Assembly (NCBI GenBank): GCA_002436415.1
Contig: DJMA01000007.1
Coordinates: 17,912-81,911, forward strand
Origin: Bdellovibrionaceae bacterium UBA6502
GTDB taxonomy: Bacteria > Bdellovibrionota > Bdellovibrionia > Bdellovibrionales > UBA840
Direction of reading: 5' to 3'
DNA: 64,000 nt
The notes beneath the pieces are model-generated. The model did not search any database. It was not told where the DNA came from and worked only from the letters and a program-made list of their open reading frames with translations. Every line of letters begins with the position of its first letter. Position 1 is the stretch's first letter. Shown one piece after another: positions 1 through 9,374 of the stretch. The position numbers and the translations under genes were made by a program.

Positions 1-1083
1 GAGATGTTTTCAAAGCTGATTCAAAAAGATGAATATATGTCGGAAATTCCATATGTGAAAACATTTACTGGAGAGTCTGGAAGAGCGAAAATTGCTAGTA
101 CCCAAGACATAAACACCCAAAACATTGCGAGTATTTACTCGGCAATTAGTTTTATCACCGATCAAGACTCTAGTTTCCAGAGAAAGATTAGTGTTGATAC
201 TGATCGCGGAAATTGTGAGTCAGAGGCAGCAAAGAATAACACTCGTTTCGTGGCGGTAGAAATTCAGAACAAAGTTCTTTGCGCATTTGATGATATTGAT
301 GGTAAGTCTATTGTTTTACCAATGCTTGAGAAAGTGAAGCTTGCTCTTGATGAAGTAAAACGTTGGCAAAAAGCCAAGATAGAAGCTCCACAATTGGTTG
401 AAAAAGCACAAATGGACATTGCCTTGATGGAAACTAAAAGAGAAGAAAGCTACCAAAAACTTTCTGCAGGAGCTGAAGGTTTTGAAGAGTTAAAATCTAG
501 TTTGGAATTGGTATCGTCTGATGATTTCTACAAGCTTTTGAAGGGATTGGTTTCTCAGCCCTTGTTTAATTTACTAAAAAAGAATGAGCAAATACAAACG
601 GATTCTTTTCAAGTGGTAGTAAATCAATTGGCGAAAATTATTGTTGCGCAAGTGGATGGTGGAGTTCCAAGTTTTCAAAAACGAGTGAATGAGCTTTTAG
701 AAAGCCAAGAAGCTAAAAAAGTATCTATAAAATTTGTTAGTGATGATAAGATTCAAGGAGCTAGTGCAGAGGAATCTCAGTACATTCGTTTTCCTGAAGG
801 CGTGCAAGCGGCTTATATAAAGACAGATTTGCAAGCTTTGATTCTTGCGGCAAAGGCAGAAGAAGAGCCAGCACCAAATTACATTAGTGATGCGCAGTTA
901 ACTCAATTGGCACAATTTTACATTGATCTATTGCTATTTAAGGCAGAGATGGATGCTGCGGTTGAGTTATTGGTTCAGGCAAATGGTGCTGATATTCTTC
1001 TCTCTAGAGCTGTAAGCAGTTTAGATTCGGCAAAAGCTCCCGTTGACGAATTTAAAAGGATTGTAGATTTTTATGTTCGTTAG
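1..1083 (+). CDS. hypothetical, predominantly helical protein; probably 5'-truncated by the window edge
   Basis: The long ORF at 4-1083 stays open in frame back to position 1 (codon gag). I recognise no motif in it. It is convergent with mltA, and the two stop codons overlap. Confidence 0.5.
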   Translation, partial: EMFSKLIQKDEYMSEIPYVKTFTGESGRAKIASTQDINTQNIASIYSAISFITDQDSSFQRKISVDTDRGNCESEAAKNNTRFVAVEIQNKVLCAFDDIDGKSIVLPMLEKVKLALDEVKRWQKAKIEAPQLVEKAQMDIALMETKREESYQKLSAGAEGFEELKSSLELVSSDDFYKLLKGLVSQPLFNLLKKNEQIQTDSFQVVVNQLAKIIVAQVDGGVPSFQKRVNELLESQEAKKVSIKFVSDDKIQGASAEESQYIRFPEGVQAAYIKTDLQALILAAKAEEEPAPNYISDAQLTQLAQFYIDLLLFKAEMDAAVELLVQANGADILLSRAVSSLDSAKAPVDEFKRIVDFYVR

Positions 1084-2312
1084 CTAGTTTTTGGGCTAGA
1101 GGCAATGGTTTTCAAACGATCTAAAACCTCTAGCCAAACTTTCTTTTTCTCCGGTTTTAAGACCAAGAAAAACATATTACCTCGAGAATAAAAATTATTG
1201 GCGGCAAACTCTGCCGCTGCATCTTCTCCCATAAACAAGTCGGCCCTAGCATTTCCTTTGATTGATCCACCAGTATCATGGTCGATGAAAAATCGATTGA
1301 ATCTCTTAAACTTAGTAGAGCCATTTTCATCTCTAAACGGCATACTTCCTTGAATAAAACTAAGGCCTCCTTTGAAAGCATAAAGGCCATTATCGGTTGC
1401 AATGCTTCGACCGTTGGTTAGGGGAGTTAGCTCACTTCCCAATGGGGGATGCTCCGTAGGCCTGAAGAAAACATAACTAGGGCAATAAGAATAAATCTCT
1501 TCCCACTTGTTTGGATTTGCATTTAGGAATCGTTTTTGAGAGGCATTGCTAAGATTTTTGATATAGCCCTTTTTTTTCATATACTTTGAAATGTATCGCC
1601 AGCGTTTTCCGTTAGTTCCTTCGTAGCTGATGTACTGATAATGCACTCCATTTTCATTGATGATTTTGAGTCTTCCACCGCCTTGAATTTGTAGTACATA
1701 GTTATCAAATAGGTCTTTTGTGTAAACCAAATCATAGGCACTAAATTGAAGCTTCTTTTTAAAGTCGATATCAATTCGATCATAATCAAGAAGTTTTCTC
1801 TCTTGTGGTCTGCGATAGATTCCCCATTGATAATCCCCCTCAGGGTGAAGCTTCGCTTCTATGGTTGGAGTGTAATAGGCGGTAAAGAGACTAGCTTTTT
1901 TGGCGTCTTGGTCTTTTGGGCGATATAAGTTAAAGTTTCTTTTTAGTCTCTGGTTTAATTGGTCGTTACATAAGACTTTTTTAGTTTGAGGCTCAGTAAT
2001 GCAATCCTTCCATTCGTTAAAGAACTTTTGAAAAGCAAGGATGCTGGCAGGTATGATATTGCTAGAAAATTTATGCTGGTCAAATTGGATACTGTGATTC
2101 AAGTTGAGTGATTTAAATTTTCTAATTTGTCGAAATAAGGCTAGCTGCATTTCTTGCCCGAGAAGATCGTCGCTAAAACGAGGCCATTGATTTGCGCTAA
2201 GTAATTTTACTGGTGGTTTAAATGACTTTATGCTTTCAATGTCATTTTGCGTGTGTGCTGAAAGTGTAAAGCTAAGAACCAGCATCATGCTGGTTTTAAA
2301 AAAGATTTTCAT
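1080..2312 (-). CDS. mltA: membrane-bound lytic murein transglycosylase A (MltA family, C-terminal 3D domain)
   Basis: It has an N-terminal signal peptide (MKIFFKTSMMLVLSFTLSAHT). The C-terminal DHDTGGSIKGNARADLFMGEDAAAEFA matches the MltA 3D-domain signature DTGGAIKG..R.D.F.G. Confidence 0.8.
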   Translation of the reverse strand: MKIFFKTSMMLVLSFTLSAHTQNDIESIKSFKPPVKLLSANQWPRFSDDLLGQEMQLALFRQIRKFKSLNLNHSIQFDQHKFSSNIIPASILAFQKFFNEWKDCITEPQTKKVLCNDQLNQRLKRNFNLYRPKDQDAKKASLFTAYYTPTIEAKLHPEGDYQWGIYRRPQERKLLDYDRIDIDFKKKLQFSAYDLVYTKDLFDNYVLQIQGGGRLKIINENGVHYQYISYEGTNGKRWRYISKYMKKKGYIKNLSNASQKRFLNANPNKWEEIYSYCPSYVFFRPTEHPPLGSELTPLTNGRSIATDNGLYAFKGGLSFIQGSMPFRDENGSTKFKRFNRFFIDHDTGGSIKGNARADLFMGEDAAAEFAANNFYSRGNMFFLVLKPEKKKVWLEVLDRLKTIASSPKTS

Positions 2313-2355
2313 GTTAAAGCCCCCGCATCCTTGCAGATTCTAAATTGTTATTCTA

Positions 2356-2886
2356 TTAGGTTAAAGTTTTTCCCATAAATAAAAGTCTGAAGTCGTCAAA
2401 ACTTCTCTGTACCTGGTGGGAAAATCCAAGTTTTTGATAAAATTGAACATTGTCCGAATCTGGTCGAGTAACAATATGGATTCCGTTTTTATGTTCTTTT
2501 TCAAGCTCAGTGCATACTTCTTCGATGAGTTTTCTACCCAAACCTTGCCCTCTAAACTTAGCAGAGGCATTTATGTGAATGTGTGCTGGGTAATCAGAGA
2601 ACTGGTCGGAGAATAGCTCATAGGAGCGAAATACTTTCTTTAGATTTAAGGCCTTTTCCGAGTCTGGACATACTAAAATATAGGCTTTAACAATATTGTT
2701 TTCTAAAGCTAGATAGATCCATTCAGGATGGCTTTCAATGTAATACTCTGTCCATTTTTTGAAAGCTTCGTTTTTCTCTTCTTCTGTAGATAAAATAAGC
2801 TCGGTTGATTCTAAAAAAATGCCTTTGATTTGACTCAAATGCTGTATCTTCGATCCGCTGTGTAAGTATTTTTTTATTTCGAACAT
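2356..2886 (-). CDS. GNAT family N-acetyltransferase
   Basis: The acetyl-CoA binding motif RGQGLGRKLIEEV (Q/RxxGxG/A) is present, and the 176-aa size is typical of GNAT proteins. Confidence 0.7.
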   Translation of the reverse strand: MFEIKKYLHSGSKIQHLSQIKGIFLESTELILSTEEEKNEAFKKWTEYYIESHPEWIYLALENNIVKAYILVCPDSEKALNLKKVFRSYELFSDQFSDYPAHIHINASAKFRGQGLGRKLIEEVCTELEKEHKNGIHIVTRPDSDNVQFYQKLGFSHQVQRSFDDFRLLFMGKTLT

Positions 2887-3146
2887 AGTTAAATTTTTGC
2901 GAAGCTTTTGCCATCTTTCAACAAGAATGCAAAGTGTTGAAGGAGATAAAGTTCTTGATTAAAGCTTCTTATGGCTAGGCCAAAGAAATACTTTTTAAAA
3001 AGGTCCAGGTTTGCGCTTTCATGGAGCAGCTTTTTAAAAATTCTTGTGTTTTCGTTTTTCATTACTGTTATTTACATCTCTATTTTAATAAGCATTAAAA
3101 TGACTTTTTACTAAAAAAAGTGACTTGTGTGTCTGAGAGAGGTTTT

Positions 3147-4136
3147 TTATTTTTTAAAGATTACAAATTTGTAGCCAGCGGCTTTTAAATTACCGATTAA
3201 GCTAGGGAGAATGGCTCGAGTTTGTGGTTGGATATCATGAAATAAAATGATGCCCGATTGTTTCTGGTTGATTTGATTTACTACCGAGTTATAAAGCTCT
3301 TCTGGATTTCGAAGTTTCCAGTCTTCAGTATCTATGCTCCAGAAAAAGTCGGCTAAGGGATAATTTTTAACATATTTTTTTAGACGAGAATTTTTACTTC
3401 CGTATGGAAAACGAAAAAACACATGAGCCTGATTGCTTAGATTTTCGAGGACATCAATTCCTTTTTTAATGTTCTTTTTTGCTTTTCGCAGGGATTGCTT
3501 TGCGAGATTGCTATGGTCGTAAGAGTGAGAACCGTAGGTGTGACCTTTTTCAATTCCTAGCTTTACAATTTCAGGCTTGGCCTCAAGCTTTATTCCAACA
3601 CTGAAGAAGGTGGCTTTGATTTTTTCTGCTTCTAAGATTTCAAAAATTTCTTTTGTGAATTTGTGGTGTGGACCATCATCAAAAGTCAGAGCTATAAAGC
3701 CCTTTGGCAGTGCTGCGTCGATTAACACAGGTCCTTTCCTGTAGTCGACAATGTATTCGTTCATTAGTGGAGCATCTATTTGTACTGGTTTAATTCTTGT
3801 TCGATTTTCTTTTATATCAGAAAAGTGTAGACGGTTTAGTATTGCCTTAAAGCGAATTTGGTCGTTACAGGAAGCAGGAAAAAGCTCAGGGTGTTCTAGG
3901 GAAAGTGGGTAGATTGCGCCTATTTCATCATAGCTTTGAGTTTTTAGTTGCTCGCAGTCTTTTGCAGTGATCTGACTATGTTTCTTTTCGATATCCTCTT
4001 TTAAGCTATGAAGTCTATCTCCATAGATTTCTATACTTTCACTTTGATCGATGTATTGAAGCCATTCTTGGAGTGTTTTGGCTCTGAGTTGGCAGCTAAT
4101 GCTTAATAACAAAAAAACTTTGATGAAATTTGTCAT
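3147..4136 (-). CDS. exported polysaccharide/peptidoglycan deacetylase (NodB homology domain, CE4)
   Basis: A signal peptide is present. All five NodB motifs are present: TFDDGPH, HSYDH, FRFPYG, DTEDW and ILFHD. About 140 aa of unassigned sequence precede the domain. Confidence 0.85.
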   Translation of the reverse strand: MTNFIKVFLLLSISCQLRAKTLQEWLQYIDQSESIEIYGDRLHSLKEDIEKKHSQITAKDCEQLKTQSYDEIGAIYPLSLEHPELFPASCNDQIRFKAILNRLHFSDIKENRTRIKPVQIDAPLMNEYIVDYRKGPVLIDAALPKGFIALTFDDGPHHKFTKEIFEILEAEKIKATFFSVGIKLEAKPEIVKLGIEKGHTYGSHSYDHSNLAKQSLRKAKKNIKKGIDVLENLSNQAHVFFRFPYGSKNSRLKKYVKNYPLADFFWSIDTEDWKLRNPEELYNSVVNQINQKQSGIILFHDIQPQTRAILPSLIGNLKAAGYKFVIFKK

Positions 4137-4220
4137 AGAAATTAGCCTCCTAAAATAGATCTATAGTCTTGAAGATAAACCTCTATGATTCAAGGAAGCT
4201 TGATAAATAATGTAGCGAGT

Positions 4221-5294
4221 CTAATCGATTTCACTCTTAGGCATTAAGACTCCAGAAATATTTGCGCTAGCAACTAAATCTTGCTGAGCATCAAATATTT
4301 GAACCACAAAGTCTACGCTTAGAATGCCCATTCGTCTTTTGTAGGTGGCTTTGATTACTTCCGACTCCATATAGTAGTTCTGCTGGGAATGAATGGCTTT
4401 GTTGAGAACTACATTTTTAACTCCTCGCAGTAAAACCTCGTAAGGAAGCTGTCCTGAAAAATGAGGTTTTAAAATTAATAGTGCTGTCTGTGCTCCGAGC
4501 TCGGAAAAGTTTGTAATGGGTAGGTGGCTATTGTTTGCATCTATGTTCTCCATTAGGAGATGGGACTTTGCAATATTAACTCTTGTAAATACTTTGTGAT
4601 TCAAAAGTTCTAAGCTTTCCAGACCTGCATTTTTGAGTAGAGTAGTTTCTTCGGGAAATTGGTAGCGGAGAACTTCGATGGGAAAAAAGATTTCTTTTTC
4701 ATGTTTTAAGAATGCCAGATTCACTGCCGTAGAATACAAAGCTTCAGTGCTGTGATCGGCTTCGGGATTAGGCTTAGTTTTGTAAAATCCTTTTGGAATA
4801 GCTTGGCTGATTATTTGTCCTTCGGAAAAAATCACTTTTTCGTTGTTTGGGTTCTTGGCTTTTACTTTCCATATCTTTTGTTTGGATTTTGATTCAGATA
4901 ACTGAATCTCTAACAGAACCCGGCTGCCAGGGAGACCTTGCGCTTTATTGTTAAATTCTGAAACTTGAGAGATGTAAACCTTTTCTCCGAAAACACTCTC
5001 TTGTCGTTGGATCAGTTTGGCCGCCATTTGTGCGTACAATACTCCTGGAAAAATTTTGTAGTCAGGAAAGTGTCCTTTTAAAACCTCTAAATTTTCGGAA
5101 ATGAGAAATTCAGCCGAGATTCCTTTTGTTTTTAAAGATCGTTTTGAGCTTTGTAGATTTAGTTTTCTTAGGTTTGGAAGTTTTCTTTTTCCAGCGCTGT
5201 TATAGCATTCTTCAGCATAGGAATTACTGGGATTAACCAACAATCCCAGGGCTAAGAAAAGCATTAAGTATTTTATGTCTTTTAAAACTCTCAA
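4221..5294 (-). CDS. exported protein with FabA/FabZ-like hotdog domain(s)
   Basis: The signal peptide is MRVLKDIKYLMLFLALGLLVNPSNSYA|EE. VLKGHFPDYKIFPGVLYAQMAAKLI resembles the FabZ motif GHFP..P.MPGVL..EA.AQ. The second half has a similar length and may be a degenerate second hotdog. Confidence 0.5.
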   Translation of the reverse strand: MRVLKDIKYLMLFLALGLLVNPSNSYAEECYNSAGKRKLPNLRKLNLQSSKRSLKTKGISAEFLISENLEVLKGHFPDYKIFPGVLYAQMAAKLIQRQESVFGEKVYISQVSEFNNKAQGLPGSRVLLEIQLSESKSKQKIWKVKAKNPNNEKVIFSEGQIISQAIPKGFYKTKPNPEADHSTEALYSTAVNLAFLKHEKEIFFPIEVLRYQFPEETTLLKNAGLESLELLNHKVFTRVNIAKSHLLMENIDANNSHLPITNFSELGAQTALLILKPHFSGQLPYEVLLRGVKNVVLNKAIHSQQNYYMESEVIKATYKRRMGILSVDFVVQIFDAQQDLVASANISGVLMPKSEID

Positions 5295-5514
5295 ACTTAA
5301 CTTCCTATTTACATCGAGATTTTAAACCATCTCAAATCATCCCAAGAATAGGGATATCTCTTTTTTTGCTTATAAACCTAGCAATTATAATGAGTTTGCT
5401 GGCTTTGGTAAAGGGGATACGGCTTAGCTGGTTGGATTTCTATGGTCGGAGCTGAGCTCAAAGATATATAGGTTTGAGTAGGTAGTTTTTGGACGTTCTT
5501 ATTGTAAAAATGTA

Positions 5515-5537
5515 AAGCCCCGTTTGAAAGGGGGCTT
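5515..5537 (-). terminator. putative intrinsic terminator downstream of ppiA
   Basis: The hairpin is aagcccc-N8/9-ggggctt. On the minus strand it is followed by tttacattttt. Confidence 0.4.
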
Positions 5538-5553
5538 TTGCAGTGTTTTTTTA

Positions 5554-6180
5554 TTAAAGAAGTTCTGCGGATTGAATCTCTACACTTTCAGTTGGAACAT
5601 CTTGCATTCCCTTTTGTGTTGCTGTTTTCACGGATTTAATTTTATCTACAACTTCTTTCCCTTCCGTTACTTCTCCAAAAACGGCGTATCCCCAGCCATT
5701 TAAGCTCTCATCAGTAAAATTTAAAAATGCATTGTCGTTAACATTAATAAAAAACTGCGCACTGGCAGAGTGAGGGTCTGAGGTTCTAGCCATTGCAATG
5801 CTGTATTTTGTGTTTCTTAAGCCATTATTTGCTTCATTTTTTATGGGCTCGTTCGTCGATTTTTTAACTAAATTTTTATCGAAGCCACCACCTTGAATCA
5901 TAAAACCATCAATCACTCGGTGAAAAATAGTTCCTTTGTAATGGCCTTTTTTAACGTATTGGATAAAGTTTTCTACAGTCTTTGGTGCTTTTTCTCGATT
6001 TAATTTTAGTTTAATATTGCCTTTGTTCGTTTTAAGTAAAACCATTTGCGTTTTTGGCTTTGCATTGTTTGATTCTTTTTTGGATTGAGTTTCTTTGCTT
6101 TCTTTTTTCGTCGTTTCTGCATTTACATTAAGACTGAAAGCTAAGCTTAAGGCAAACAAGCTACAGATTAGTTTTTTCAT
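5554..6180 (-). CDS. ppiA: periplasmic peptidyl-prolyl cis-trans isomerase, cyclophilin type
   Basis: A signal peptide is present. The cyclophilin core [15 protein letters not shown] is present, followed by SASAQFFIN. Confidence 0.9.
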   Translation of the reverse strand: MKKLICSLFALSLAFSLNVNAETTKKESKETQSKKESNNAKPKTQMVLLKTNKGNIKLKLNREKAPKTVENFIQYVKKGHYKGTIFHRVIDGFMIQGGGFDKNLVKKSTNEPIKNEANNGLRNTKYSIAMARTSDPHSASAQFFINVNDNAFLNFTDESLNGWGYAVFGEVTEGKEVVDKIKSVKTATQKGMQDVPTESVEIQSAELL

Positions 6181-6264
6181 TGATTCTCCCTTTTTTAAAC
6201 CACTTTAGGATATCGAATCTAAGCAAGCTGTCATATCATTTCCCTAAAATGCTCAAAAATTAAT

Positions 6265-6807
6265 CTAGTAGTAATCCGGTGAGAAAACCACAACACTAAA
6301 GGCTTCCGCTTGCTTTTTATCGTTTAAATTCTCGTAAGCATGTTTCAGATTTCCAGGGAACGCGAGAACGTCTCCCTTAGAAAGATCAAATCTTTCTTTG
6401 TTCACGTAGACTCGGATTTTCCCTGAAACTACATAAAAGTACTCTTTTGTATTTGGTAGGTGAGGAGTTCCTTTCATGATTGCTTTTTCATCGAAGCGCA
6501 TTTTATCGATTTCCATTCCTTCAATAGGATCGGGGAGAATTTTTTTTATCTCAATGGAGGATTGGGACTTCCATTGCGAAGGCACTTGATCTTTTGGAAT
6601 GTATTGAATTTGTGGACGTGGTTTTTTGATTAGTTCTTCAAGGCTTACCTGTAGGCTACTGGCAAGTTTTATCAGATTCGCAAGAGAAGGGTTTCCTTCA
6701 CCAGACTCAATGTAGCTTATGGTAGATCTGGGTATTTGCGACCTCTCAGCCAAAGCCATTTGACTTAAGTTTTGGGATTTTCTCAGTTGTATAAGGTTTT
6801 GCGCCAA
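6265..6807 (-). CDS. XRE-family HTH transcriptional regulator with C-terminal cupin domain
   Basis: The HTH_3 core is LRKSQNLSQMALAERSQIPRSTISYIESG, and the cupin-like C-terminus is GDVLAFPGNLKHAYEN. The maximal ORF runs to 6939, but that extension overlaps the divergent VOC gene and contains a near-consensus promoter. An in-frame TTG at 6807 is therefore preferred. The start remains uncertain. Confidence 0.7.
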   Translation of the reverse strand: MAQNLIQLRKSQNLSQMALAERSQIPRSTISYIESGEGNPSLANLIKLASSLQVSLEELIKKPRPQIQYIPKDQVPSQWKSQSSIEIKKILPDPIEGMEIDKMRFDEKAIMKGTPHLPNTKEYFYVVSGKIRVYVNKERFDLSKGDVLAFPGNLKHAYENLNDKKQAEAFSVVVFSPDYY

Positions 6808-6848
6808 TTGTCTCGATGTGGCATCTAATATCTTGTCCGTATGACAAT

Positions 6849-6878
6849 ATATTAGCGATGACGTTGAGTAGTTGTCAA
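6849..6878 (-). promoter_or_regulatory. sigma70-like promoter for the XRE/cupin regulator
   Basis: On the minus strand the sequence reads TTGACA-N17/18-TAATAT. It lies inside the maximal ORF extension. Confidence 0.4.
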
Positions 6879-6915
6879 TTCTTCGCGATAGTGTTTTTAA
6901 CAAAAGGAGAATAAT

Positions 6916-7338
6916 ATGGAGAACATTAGGATCGACCATTTAAATTTTAGCGTTAATGATTTTCAAGAAAGTCTTGAGTTTTACAATAAGGTATTTGGAT
7001 TTGAACTTGTTGAGTCAGGTTACGGTACGAATAAGGCCAAGTGGGGCATTTTAAAGAGTGGCGAATGTATGCTGGCTATATCAGAGCAGAAAAAGCGAGT
7101 TCAGTACGAGGGCCCCAAATACCATAAGCTAAATCACATGGCCTTTCGTTTGACGGATGAAGAGTTATTTGCCCAAAAAGTAAAAGAATATAAGTTAAAA
7201 ACTTCTTACAACAGCCCTGTTAATTACCCCTTTTCCAATTCTTGGTATGTAACTGACCCTTCTGGAAACAGTATTGAAGTGGTTTTTTGGCAAGATGATG
7301 TGGTTCGTTTCCCTGAAAATCAAATCACTCGATTTTGA
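6916..7338 (+). CDS. VOC/glyoxalase-bleomycin resistance family protein
   Basis: IDHLNFSVNDFQESLEFYNKVFGF is a typical glyoxalase-fold N-terminus. A GGAGA Shine-Dalgarno sequence lies 6 nt upstream of the ATG. Confidence 0.7.
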   Translation: MENIRIDHLNFSVNDFQESLEFYNKVFGFELVESGYGTNKAKWGILKSGECMLAISEQKKRVQYEGPKYHKLNHMAFRLTDEELFAQKVKEYKLKTSYNSPVNYPFSNSWYVTDPSGNSIEVVFWQDDVVRFPENQITRF

Positions 7339-7446
7339 AGTTAACAAAAACAAACAAATCGTTTGATTCCCTTTGTTTTGTATCTAAAGCTTTACAGCAC
7401 TAGCATTGAAAGAGATGATAAAGGATATAATTCAAAGGGGAATCTT

Positions 7447-8436
7447 ATGTTTAAAATTCTGGCTGCTAGTTTTCTAGTTTTAAGTCTTACAGCTTGTGGG
7501 ACTTTCTGTAAATCGGACAAAGGCTTCGATGCCGAACTTTCTGAGTATGACTATCCATTTAAAGTAGAGACTTTCAAATTTAGCTCGCAAAGACAAAATT
7601 TAGTCATGCGTTATGGAGACCTCGGTTCAAAAGATTCTAATAAAATTGCTGTACTACTTCACGGTAAAAACTTTGCCGGATTTTATTTCGACAAAATCGC
7701 AAAACAACTCGTGGCAAAAGGTTACCGCGTGATAGTTCCTGATCAGGTAGGTTTCGGAAAGAGTAGCAAACCTAAAAACTACCAATATAGTTTTCAGCAA
7801 TTAGCGCTTAATACCAGAAAGCTAATCGCTCATTTAAACATTGATCAATACATATTGGTGGGGCATTCCATGGGAGGAATGCTATCGGTTCACTTAGCAA
7901 GCATGAGTGATAAAGTAAAACAGCTGGTTCTAGTAAACCCCATTGGTCTTGAAGATTACTTAAAGTATGTTGAGTACCAAGACCCTGAATTTTTCTATGA
8001 AAAGGAAGTTGTGAAAACTGTGGATATGTTTCGTAACTACCAAAAGAAAAATTATTACGATGGAAAGTGGAATGATTCTTATGAGCAGCTCTTAGAGCCC
8101 TTTAAAGGCTGGCAAAAAGGACCTGATTGGGAGTTGGTGGCCTGGAACAATGCTTTAACTTATGAACCAATTTTTGGAGATGAAATCATTAGTAAAATCT
8201 CCTCTTTGAAAGTGCCTACCTATTTGATTTTAGGAACTCGCGATCGAACCGGTCCAGGGAGAGCTTGGAAAAAACCAGGGGTGAGTAAAGAGCTTGGGCT
8301 TTATCAAAATTTAGGGAAAGAGGTGAAGGCCTTAAACCCTAAAAGGATTAAGTTAATAGAGTTAAAAGGCTTGGGGCATATGCCGCAGTTTGAAGATTAC
8401 ACCGCCTTTTCAAAAGTTTTTTATCCCTTGTTTTAA
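7447..8436 (+). CDS. alpha/beta hydrolase lipoprotein
   Basis: The internal Met gives MFKILAASFLVLSLTACG, which carries a lipobox. The nucleophile elbow GHSMGG is present, as are the HGKNF oxyanion region and a C-terminal GLGHMP. Confidence 0.8.
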   Translation: MFKILAASFLVLSLTACGTFCKSDKGFDAELSEYDYPFKVETFKFSSQRQNLVMRYGDLGSKDSNKIAVLLHGKNFAGFYFDKIAKQLVAKGYRVIVPDQVGFGKSSKPKNYQYSFQQLALNTRKLIAHLNIDQYILVGHSMGGMLSVHLASMSDKVKQLVLVNPIGLEDYLKYVEYQDPEFFYEKEVVKTVDMFRNYQKKNYYDGKWNDSYEQLLEPFKGWQKGPDWELVAWNNALTYEPIFGDEIISKISSLKVPTYLILGTRDRTGPGRAWKKPGVSKELGLYQNLGKEVKALNPKRIKLIELKGLGHMPQFEDYTAFSKVFYPLF

Positions 8437-8447
8437 AAAACAAAAAA

Positions 8448-8472
8448 GCCAGCTTGATCGCTGGCTTTTTTT
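8448..8472. terminator. bidirectional intrinsic terminator
   Basis: The hairpin gccagc-ttgatc-gctggc is flanked by an A-run upstream and T7 downstream. It sits between convergent genes. Confidence 0.7.
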
Positions 8473-8492
8473 AATTAAGTTTTCTATAGAAA

Positions 8493-8972
8493 CTATTTTT
8501 CGCATCTTGATACGATTGTATCTCCGCTTTCTAATACTTCAAATGGCGTTTCTTCGATCTTTGTTTTGTTGTAGTACCTACGTTCAATCACATTGCTCAA
8601 ACGAATGTTGTCTTTATCTAAGATCTGTACTTTTACATAGGATTTCATCTCATGAGGAGGATTCGTTAGAGAGCTACCAACATTTGGAGTTGTCTTTAAT
8701 TTTTTTGCATCCCCAAGAAAACAGGTGATTTCGCCTTTCCACCCTAGGGCTGGTAGATTATATGGGTTTTCAAGGAAGTAGTGGTTTTCATAAATATCAT
8801 CAGGGTGGTATTCTAAATAACCTAATTTTTGAACAAATCCAGTTTGCTCAGCTTTTACACTTAAAAGCTCATCAAGGCTTTCGTAAAACTTTTGGTCTTT
8901 TGCCATGGCGTTTGAGCTTAGCAATAAACCAAATGCGATTAGAGATTTCATTAAGCGAACTAAATTCTTCAT
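8493..8972 (-). CDS. hypothetical exported protein
   Basis: The signal peptide is MKNLVRLMKSLIAFGLLLSSNAMA. I recognise no domain. Confidence 0.5.
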   Translation of the reverse strand: MKNLVRLMKSLIAFGLLLSSNAMAKDQKFYESLDELLSVKAEQTGFVQKLGYLEYHPDDIYENHYFLENPYNLPALGWKGEITCFLGDAKKLKTTPNVGSSLTNPPHEMKSYVKVQILDKDNIRLSNVIERRYYNKTKIEETPFEVLESGDTIVSRCEK

Positions 8973-9374
8973 AATTGCCCTCCGAGCATTTTTGATTCTT
9001 TGCAGCTTCTATATCACTATTTTAATAAAATGCACAGCGATCATATAAAGTATTCCTACCTCAGACTGAGGACTCACAAAATTTTTCGAATAAAAATCTA
9101 TAGTAGGGCTCAATGGGCTAACAAACTCAAAGGCTTAGTCTAAAAAAAATCCTAAGCTACCAATATTACTAGTAAAATTGTGGCAAGCAAAGCGCAAGTG
9201 GAAGTGTTATATTTTAATATTGATTTAGCAGTCTTGGCTTAATATTTTTAGCTAAGGGCTTTATAGCTGTCACAGGCGGTAGACCATATAGAAACCGACA
9301 TTATTTATATCTGAAGAAAGCTTGTATTGGTTTAGGTCCTTTTCAGTAGTGAAGGTGAGTGCTTGGATATTAAT

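Noticed and set aside
8390-8728. A 112-aa plus-strand ORF spanning the end of the hydrolase gene, the terminator and the antisense of the next gene.
   Set aside because: It reads through a strong bidirectional terminator and overlaps two better-supported genes.
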